From the IMG/VR virus record IMGVR_UViG_3300033066_001079, positions 1 to 13,016 of that record: a stretch of 13,016 nucleotides of DNA. One strand, written 5' to 3'. The position numbers were made by a program, and so were the translations under genes. Below the pieces are notes generated by a model. It did no database searches. It saw only the letters and a program-made list of their open reading frames with translations, and had not been told where the DNA came from. The DNA is from a virus (lineage: Duplodnaviria; Heunggongvirae; Uroviricota; Caudoviricetes). Of the stretch, positions 6,613 through 12,306 are shown piece by piece. Positions within the stretch are counted from its first letter, which is position 1; every line of letters begins with the position of its first letter.

Positions 6613-8936
6613 CCTTCTTTTACTCCGTCCGGTATGATGGCACCCTTAGAAACGGTACATCCATCAAACGGACTGAAATGGGCTGTCCTATACTTCGCAT
6701 TTTCTGCTCCGTTGGCCTTCTTTGACAGAGCTTTCTTCTCTTCTGCGGCGTCAGAGACTTCCTTAGTAATGACTTGTTGGATCTTATCAAGATTTTCGCT
6801 AATCGCCATTTCGGTGAATCGAAGAACTCTCCAACCCAATCCAGCAAGAGTCATATCTCTTTCTTTGTCCTTCTGCTTATCTTCAACAGAAGAATGCCAT
6901 TTCTCTCCGTCTACCTCTATATCAACTCCAAGAGACGGAATAGCAAAATCCATAAGATAGAAATTCGAATCATTTGGAACTTGCTGCTTATACTGAGCAA
7001 AGAGTTGGAATGGAAGATTCATAGCAACTAGCGATTTATACATACGAGACTCTGGCCTTGTAAGTTGAATAGTGCTAGGACGAAGAGGCTGCATTGGCTC
7101 GTCAGCTTCCTTAGGCCCCTTGCCTTTTCTATAGATCTTCTGCTGACCTTGAGCAGCCGCTCCCATACCTCCGGGAGCCCCGCCGCCGCCCATGCCGCCA
7201 CCCATACCGCCGCCTGCCCCACCCATACCTCCGTCCATGCCTCCAGCGCCCGGCATTCCGCCTGCGCCGCCTCCCATGCCGCCAGTTGGGTCCATGCCGG
7301 GAGCGCCGCCTGCTCCTCCGGGAGCGCCGCCTCCGCCGCCTCCCATGCCACCGCCCATACCTCCACCGCCTGCTCCGCCTCCTTGACCGCCCTGCATAAG
7401 CTGACCATTCTGCATGGCATGAACTTGTTCTTCTCGAATCCTCTCGGTTTCAAGATCATAATCCAAGTCAAACTGCTCAAGAAGAGTTTGGGCCGAGATA
7501 AGACCGCTCTGCTGCATCTGTAGCAACATCTGAAGATTGTTAGTATTGTCTCGTAGACGCAGATCGTTCCACTTGATTCTAGGATACAAGTAGGTTGTTT
7601 CTTTGAACTCCTTAGTCTCTTCCTCATCAATGAAACCTTGCATCTTTGCAACAGGCAAAAAGATATTCTTCTCAATCCATTGCGCCAGTTCATTACGCCA
7701 AGACTCGATACGACGAATCATAACTTCTACACCAACCTGAGCAGAGTTATAGCCAGCCATTTCTCCGTTCAATAGAGTCTGGTTGAGCATAAGTCCGTCA
7801 AGGATTTCCTTACCGACAAACTCAAGCTCTTGATTGATGTTATGAATCTTACCGCTTGCGCCGTACCATTCATACTCAAAATTATTGTGCGTTACAATTG
7901 TAAGATTTGGATCGTTTGCAACAGCGCCCAACTGCTGGGACGCATCTGCAATTGCGTCTTCGTCTGCCGGTCGGTCGTCAGAACCAATCTTGACAACTCG
8001 AACAGGAAGAATCATTCTCTCGGCAACAATCCAGTTAGCCGTCATAAGCTTTGTTTTATAAGCCAAAACAGTGAACAAGCGACGGAGCAAAGACTCTCCA
8101 TATGTTCCGTAAGGAACGCCGCCATGCTTCATATGACTTGTAACTCTGTTCGATAGCAAGATTGGCTTCTTAGCCATAATCTGAACTTTGATATTCTCAG
8201 GAATCTGGTCGTACAGGAACTTAGGCTGCTTTGTCTGAATAATCTTCTGAAGCTCTTCGTCTGGTAGAAGAACAATCTGAGGCTCCTGCGAAATAGGAGT
8301 CTTCATTACCTCGATCCAGTCTGGATTCAGTACGGTAAGCCGTCCAATCGTTCCGTCAGGATGGTTACAAGGCTCTCCGCTCTCTTGGTCTATGCCGCTA
8401 CCTTTGCAATGAGGACAATCAATTTCCGTCATTACAAACACGTCGCCAAGCAAGAATCTCTGATGGCTGATCATTCTAAGCCAATACATAAGATCTAGCT
8501 TTTCAACCAATCGCTCGAAGAATCGCAGCGTACTCTTCTTCTTGCACTGAAGTTTCATTCCGTTGATAGGGAACTGCGAATAGAAATCTATACCTGCCGC
8601 TACCTTTGGTTCATTCTCATAGTAGTGCCTTGCCCATTGATAAACTTCTTTTCTCTTGCTTGCAATCTGCCAGTTTTGCGGCGTATGCAATGGAGAAAAG
8701 AACATAGGCTGAGTCATAATGACGTTTGCTCCCGAGCCAGCAAACTGAGCAGCCTTAGTTATGGGGAATCGCATATTTGTAGAACTGCAATAGCCTGCGT
8801 AGGCGTTTAGCTGACCCGGAGGCTTCATTCTAGGATTAAAGCCATCGTCTACTACTTGGCCCTTAATAGCGGAGATCTTAGACGCCGCTGTTTTATCAGG
8901 CAAGTTCATTCTAATCGGTTTGTTCTTATCAGACAT
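6609..8936 (-). CDS. Portal protein with Gly/Met linker and C-terminal DUF559/Vsr-like endonuclease domain, 775 aa
   Basis: aa about 64-505 resemble a tailed-phage portal (YYENEPKVAAGIDFYSQFP, LTVLNPDWIEV, HMKH...YGTYGESLLRRLF, LP-V-R-VVKIG, QSGLISAQTLLEQFDLDYDLETERIREE), and the gene lies upstream of the protease. aa about 625-727 match the DUF559/Vsr pattern: T-x-x-E-x-x-M-Y-x-x-L...Q...YLMDF(D663)...IEVDG(E674,D676)EKWH(H681)...D-x-x-RD-x-x-L-x-x-x-GWRVLRF. Confidence 0.8.
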   Translation of the reverse strand: MSDKNKPIRMNLPDKTAASKISAIKGQVVDDGFNPRMKPPGQLNAYAGYCSSTNMRFPITKAAQFAGSGANVIMTQPMFFSPLHTPQNWQIASKRKEVYQWARHYYENEPKVAAGIDFYSQFPINGMKLQCKKKSTLRFFERLVEKLDLMYWLRMISHQRFLLGDVFVMTEIDCPHCKGSGIDQESGEPCNHPDGTIGRLTVLNPDWIEVMKTPISQEPQIVLLPDEELQKIIQTKQPKFLYDQIPENIKVQIMAKKPILLSNRVTSHMKHGGVPYGTYGESLLRRLFTVLAYKTKLMTANWIVAERMILPVRVVKIGSDDRPADEDAIADASQQLGAVANDPNLTIVTHNNFEYEWYGASGKIHNINQELEFVGKEILDGLMLNQTLLNGEMAGYNSAQVGVEVMIRRIESWRNELAQWIEKNIFLPVAKMQGFIDEEETKEFKETTYLYPRIKWNDLRLRDNTNNLQMLLQMQQSGLISAQTLLEQFDLDYDLETERIREEQVHAMQNGQLMQGGQGGGAGGGGMGGGMGGGGGGAPGGAGGAPGMDPTGGMGGGAGGMPGAGGMDGGMGGAGGGMGGGMGGGGAPGGMGAAAQGQQKIYRKGKGPKEADEPMQPLRPSTIQLTRPESRMYKSLVAMNLPFQLFAQYKQQVPNDSNFYLMDFAIPSLGVDIEVDGEKWHSSVEDKQKDKERDMTLAGLGWRVLRFTEMAISENLDKIQQVITKEVSDAAEEKKALSKKANGAENAKYRTAHFSPFDGCTVSKGAIIPDGVKEG
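7161..7391 (-). repeat. Gly/Met low-complexity linker in the portal (aa 516-592)
   Basis: 77 codons, of which 50 are Gly and 10 are Met. A 15-nt direct repeat, ccgggagcgccgcct, occurs at 7297-7311 and 7318-7332. Confidence 0.85.
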
Positions 8937-8948
8937 ATATCACTTTCA

Positions 8949-9404
8949 TTATAACCCTAGATGATCTGCCGAATGGTCGCAGTTAGAAAGATGTCCTTCG
9001 TCAACAACTTGAGCGTCGTCGTCCGAAATCAATCTCTTCTTCTGGTTAATCGGCTTACGAGGCATTGGCATAGGAGCCATTGGCCTTGGAGCAGTCTTAG
9101 CCAATGGCATAACCGCTTGCGCCTGCATAGGTATGCCGGGCACAATCATCTTGTTAGTGGGAGTGTTGTTAAGTAGCGTTACTTGCTGCTGAATGCGAGG
9201 AGCCTCGCCTTCTGCGTCCGGCTTTCTTTGCTTAGGACAAGAAGACGTTGTAGCTACAGCAGTTGGATTTGGACAACTTTGGTTGTCGCATTTTACGGCG
9301 GTAGGAGGCAAGTCCTTACCACACGCAGGACAAACCTTTTCAAGGGCCAAAGGTTTGACTTCGTTTATTTTAGGGATCTCTACGCTTTCAGACTGAGCCG
9401 TTAC
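8949..9404 (-). CDS. Zn-ribbon-containing Pro/Gln-rich frame (151 codons), probably reached by -1 frameshift from the 9401-10648 gene
   Basis: The frame stays open from the A9 run (9405-9413) to TAA 8949: VTAQSESVEIPKINEVKPLALEKVCPACGKDLPPTAVKCDNQSC. The track's start at 9350 is a TTG with no Shine-Dalgarno motif. C-x2-C-x10-C-x4-C lies at 9273-9332. Confidence 0.65.
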   Translation of the reverse strand, partial: VTAQSESVEIPKINEVKPLALEKVCPACGKDLPPTAVKCDNQSCPNPTAVATTSSCPKQRKPDAEGEAPRIQQQVTLLNNTPTNKMIVPGIPMQAQAVMPLAKTAPRPMAPMPMPRKPINQKKRLISDDDAQVVDEGHLSNCDHSADHLGL

Positions 9405-9414
9405 TTTTTTTTTA
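9401..9414 (-). other. Slippery sequence GTA AAA AAA AAG TAA (A9 run containing A_AAA_AAG)
   Basis: Nine consecutive T on the plus strand at 9405-9413. The A_AAA_AAG heptamer is in the correct phase just before the stop codon. Confidence 0.6.
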
Positions 9415-10648
9415 CGGCGGCTTCTTTCCAGTTGTATGGCTTAGCTGTTGAATCCGTAGGATTGTAACCTCGCTCCTTAGCCATGTCCTTACGAGCAGCC
9501 TCAAGGCGAGATTCAGTATTGCCGAACTCTGGAAGAATAGGTCTACGACGCTGACCCGGTAGCAACTGATAATCATTGCCTACTGGAATGTTATGATCAA
9601 CTTCGAATCGCTTGTTCATATAGCCGCCAACCCACTCGCCCTTACGGTTGCGATATGGCTGGCTATACTTGTCCATGATATTTCCGCGCCAGAAAGTATC
9701 AAAGTCTACAAAGTAGTTGTCATCGAAATGGAAGTCGTGGCCCTTGTTTCTCTCATGAACGTGCCAATCAGAACCAAGATAGCCTTCTTTTCCGCCGGGG
9801 AGAACTCTCATTTGATTAGGACCAAAGTTTAGGAACTCGCGAGAACCGCTCCATGCTTCCTTCTTGAGATTATATGCAACCGCAGTTTTGACTGTCTTCT
9901 TGCTTGCCGCTTTCTTTGCAAATGCAGCGATAGCTTTGTTAGAATCTTCAACAAGAGCCTTGATAGAAGCTGTAGTATAAGTTCCTTGCACAGTATCGCC
10001 TCCCTCGCCTTTCAGTTTTTCATAAAGCTCGCCTACCAAAATCATCTTAGTGGCTTCTGCATGCGGATTGCCTTGGTCTTGACTTATTTCTTGGTATCTA
10101 GAAAATGTATCGCTTACAAACTGGGTAACGTCTCCTCCGTCTGAAGAGATGCCTCCGGGAACCATCTGTAGAAGTTTAGATTCCGCTTCCGGATCGTTAG
10201 CGCTACTTTCCAAGAATGCCTTCAAAGACTCTGGCGAGTCCAAAGGAGATCCCTGTTGCTGAGCCATAGGATCGGTTGGCGGCATTGACGGGTCTGCTCC
10301 CATTCCCATATCAGGAGACGGAGCAGCCATTGGGTCCATAGTAGGAGCCATGCCTTGCGCAAACTTCTTCAAGTCAAAGTAAGAAGAAGCCAATGCTTCT
10401 TGTTCTAACATGGCAGATTGGTCAACTTCATGCTGCATGTTCATGACCTTGCCTTGGTCTTCGTCAACAAGATTGCCAGCCTCGTCTAGCCTGCCAGTAA
10501 GCTGATTCAACATTGCTTTTTGATGTCCTATTGGCTTAGTAGGATCAACCACGGGATGAATCTGCGCAAGCTGAGCGTTCGCCTGTTCCGCCTGCTGTAT
10601 AGCAAGTTGATCGAGCATTTTCGCACCAGATGGAAAGGCTGCTGGCAT
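9401..10648 (-). CDS. Hypothetical protein, 415 aa (566 aa if -1 frameshifted); candidate head-associated protein
   Basis: AAGGAG at 10655-10660. The N-terminal half is M/P/Q/A low-complexity. The C-terminal third is aromatic and His-rich and looks folded (DWHVHERNKGHDFHFDD...FWRGNIMDKYSQPY...RFEVDHNIP). Confidence 0.85.
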   Translation of the reverse strand: MPAAFPSGAKMLDQLAIQQAEQANAQLAQIHPVVDPTKPIGHQKAMLNQLTGRLDEAGNLVDEDQGKVMNMQHEVDQSAMLEQEALASSYFDLKKFAQGMAPTMDPMAAPSPDMGMGADPSMPPTDPMAQQQGSPLDSPESLKAFLESSANDPEAESKLLQMVPGGISSDGGDVTQFVSDTFSRYQEISQDQGNPHAEATKMILVGELYEKLKGEGGDTVQGTYTTASIKALVEDSNKAIAAFAKKAASKKTVKTAVAYNLKKEAWSGSREFLNFGPNQMRVLPGGKEGYLGSDWHVHERNKGHDFHFDDNYFVDFDTFWRGNIMDKYSQPYRNRKGEWVGGYMNKRFEVDHNIPVGNDYQLLPGQRRRPILPEFGNTESRLEAARKDMAKERGYNPTDSTAKPYNWKEAAVKKK

Positions 10649-10651
10649 TCA

Positions 10652-11437
10652 TCACTCCTTGGTGTTTCGTTGACTAAGAACCTTGTACAATCTATCTACA
10701 GCGTCATTATGCACGCTCTTATTAGTCGTCTTTTCTTCTTGATTGAGAATACCGTCCATGAATCTAGCAGATGCGTCCTTTGACGAAAACGCCTTTGACG
10801 GAGCATTTGCAACCTTGACCTTTGGAGCCTCTGGCTCTGTCTTTGGACTTACTCTGTTGTTCAAAGCAGTAAGACGGTCAAAGTTCTCATTCGTGTCAAA
10901 AATACTCAACTGGTGGGCAGGAACCCAGCCCTTGTTGTTTAGACTTCCAGAAGTTGATTGATGGATAGTAGAAGCCTTCTTTTCAAGAGCCTCTGCTTCG
11001 CCCTCGCCAAGCTTAGGAGACATGCTTTGCTTGTATTCAGCTTGCTTGAGTTCTCGCAAACGTCCAGAAGAAGCCTTCTCTTCAGCAATACGCTCTTTAG
11101 AAGAAGCTGTCTTGGCAAGGTTAGCAAGAACGTCGCTATCCCAAATAGAGTTCTTTCCAGTAACGCCAACCTGCTTGGTAGGACCGCCAATATCAGTAAT
11201 ACCACCATTGCTGTCGCAACGGGCTGGTCTTACGCTTGAAGAGCTACGAGCCATTGGGTTATTGAACTCGGTAGAGTCATAACCTTGCTCTTTAGCCCAA
11301 GAGCGATCCTTTTCAATCTTCTTGGCCTGCTTCATTTCAGGGACTCTCTCGGCAAGTTCCTTACGATAGTTTGGCTTACCGCTGTCCTTGAGCAATGAAT
11401 CTACAATACTGTTTTGATCAGAATGCTTACGAAGCAT
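10652..11437 (-). CDS. Hypothetical protein, 261 aa (start revised from 11449 to ATG 11437)
   Basis: GGAGGT at 11442-11447 lies 4 nt before ATG 11437 (MLRKHSDQNSIVDSLL) and overlaps the end of the upstream gene. K/S/A-rich, with WDSDVL and WVPAHQLSIFD motifs. Confidence 0.8.
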   Translation of the reverse strand: MLRKHSDQNSIVDSLLKDSGKPNYRKELAERVPEMKQAKKIEKDRSWAKEQGYDSTEFNNPMARSSSSVRPARCDSNGGITDIGGPTKQVGVTGKNSIWDSDVLANLAKTASSKERIAEEKASSGRLRELKQAEYKQSMSPKLGEGEAEALEKKASTIHQSTSGSLNNKGWVPAHQLSIFDTNENFDRLTALNNRVSPKTEPEAPKVKVANAPSKAFSSKDASARFMDGILNQEEKTTNKSVHNDAVDRLYKVLSQRNTKE

Positions 11438-12275
11438 GATTACCTCCAAAGCCCTGATTCAACAGGGAGTCAACTATACTGTTTCTACTGTTTTTGATCA
11501 ACGAATTCTGACTATAAGCTGCCTTGGCCTGAGGAGGCTTCTTGCCTACGCTCGGACCAATCTTGCCAGCCGTTTCAGCAACTTCTTCTGCATACTCTCT
11601 TGCGCCAGAAAAATCTTCATGAGCTTCGGCCTGTTGAGGAAAGGAAAACCTTACTTCAAATCGACCGGGCTTTGGACTCTTCATAACCTTAAGAGAGTTT
11701 ACCGGGAAGTTCTGCTTGATCATTTGCTTAAAAAGCTCAACGCCGTTTTGGGCGTCAAGCTGCTCAAGATCTGTTTTATTGATGTTCATGATTACGTTGA
11801 CTTGATTCTTGATATCATCTGTATCAAAATCGAAAACCGACTTTGAGTTCAGAATCAAATGAATCCAACGTTCTTCATAACCAACTTTTGTCAAATACGA
11901 ACGGAAGAAGTCTTCTAGAGAACGATAGATACTATCTTCTTTAGATTTTGCCGCAGGCTGGGCACCTGCTGCGTCTCCGCCCGCCCCAGCGCCAGCCGCT
12001 CCCTGAGGAGCTTCTGCTGGTGACTTGCCGCCAACTGCCTTATTAAGAGCATCTTGGTCAGGAACTTTAGGAGAAGCTCCGGGCTGCTTTTGTTTTTGGA
12101 GTGCATTGTCAAGCTTACCGATAGGGTTGAAATTACCACCCTGAGGCGCTTTCGCTCCTCCGGGAGTAATATCTTCCTGTTCAACAGTATTACGCTTTGC
12201 GGGAGCATTCGCTCCGTTTGGCGTAGCCTGTTGCAGCTTCATAAATCTACGAGTGCCGCTCGGTACAATAGCCAT
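11427..12275 (-). CDS. Hypothetical protein, 282 aa
   Basis: AGGAG at 12282-12286, 6 nt before the ATG. Disordered A/G/P/Q/K N-terminal half, then a central alpha/beta-looking domain (IYRSLEDFFRSYL...GRFEVRFSFP). Confidence 0.85.
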   Translation of the reverse strand: MAIVPSGTRRFMKLQQATPNGANAPAKRNTVEQEDITPGGAKAPQGGNFNPIGKLDNALQKQKQPGASPKVPDQDALNKAVGGKSPAEAPQGAAGAGAGGDAAGAQPAAKSKEDSIYRSLEDFFRSYLTKVGYEERWIHLILNSKSVFDFDTDDIKNQVNVIMNINKTDLEQLDAQNGVELFKQMIKQNFPVNSLKVMKSPKPGRFEVRFSFPQQAEAHEDFSGAREYAEEVAETAGKIGPSVGKKPPQAKAAYSQNSLIKNSRNSIVDSLLNQGFGGNHAS

Positions 12276-12306
12276 TAGCTTCTCCTAAGTTTAACCGACC
12301 AAAACA

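Noticed and set aside
2760-8936. Possible inteins (HN-T at SHNT in the protease ORF; nuclease domain in the portal)
   Set aside because: No N-terminal C/S splice block or block B T-x-x-H pairs with SHNT, and the portal nuclease is not flanked by splice-junction motifs.
8929-8949. Mini-ORF MKVIYV overlapping the upstream stop and the portal start
   Set aside because: Six codons is readily explained by chance, and the portal start has a plausible weak SD-like sequence (GAAAGTGAT).
9348-9350. TTG start for an independent 133-aa gene
   Set aside because: There is no SD motif, and the frame is open upstream to the slippery A-run, so the frameshift explanation is preferred. An independent start is not formally excluded.
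9570-9612. FEVDHNIPVGN in the 415-aa protein resembles the HNH VDH-x-x-P motif
   Set aside because: The downstream Asn/His spacing and the Cys pairs typical of HNH domains are missing, so the match is too short to support.
11438-11449. Track start MEVI for the 265-aa ORF
   Set aside because: These codons contain the GGAGGT SD itself, so ATG 11437 is the better start.
16-12278. All plus-strand ORFs in the track, including the Pro-rich ones at 16-303, 1126-1455 and 7192-7386
   Set aside because: They lie antisense to long minus-strand genes. The Pro runs are the mirror of Gly codons, and I noticed no SD-supported starts or recognisable motifs.
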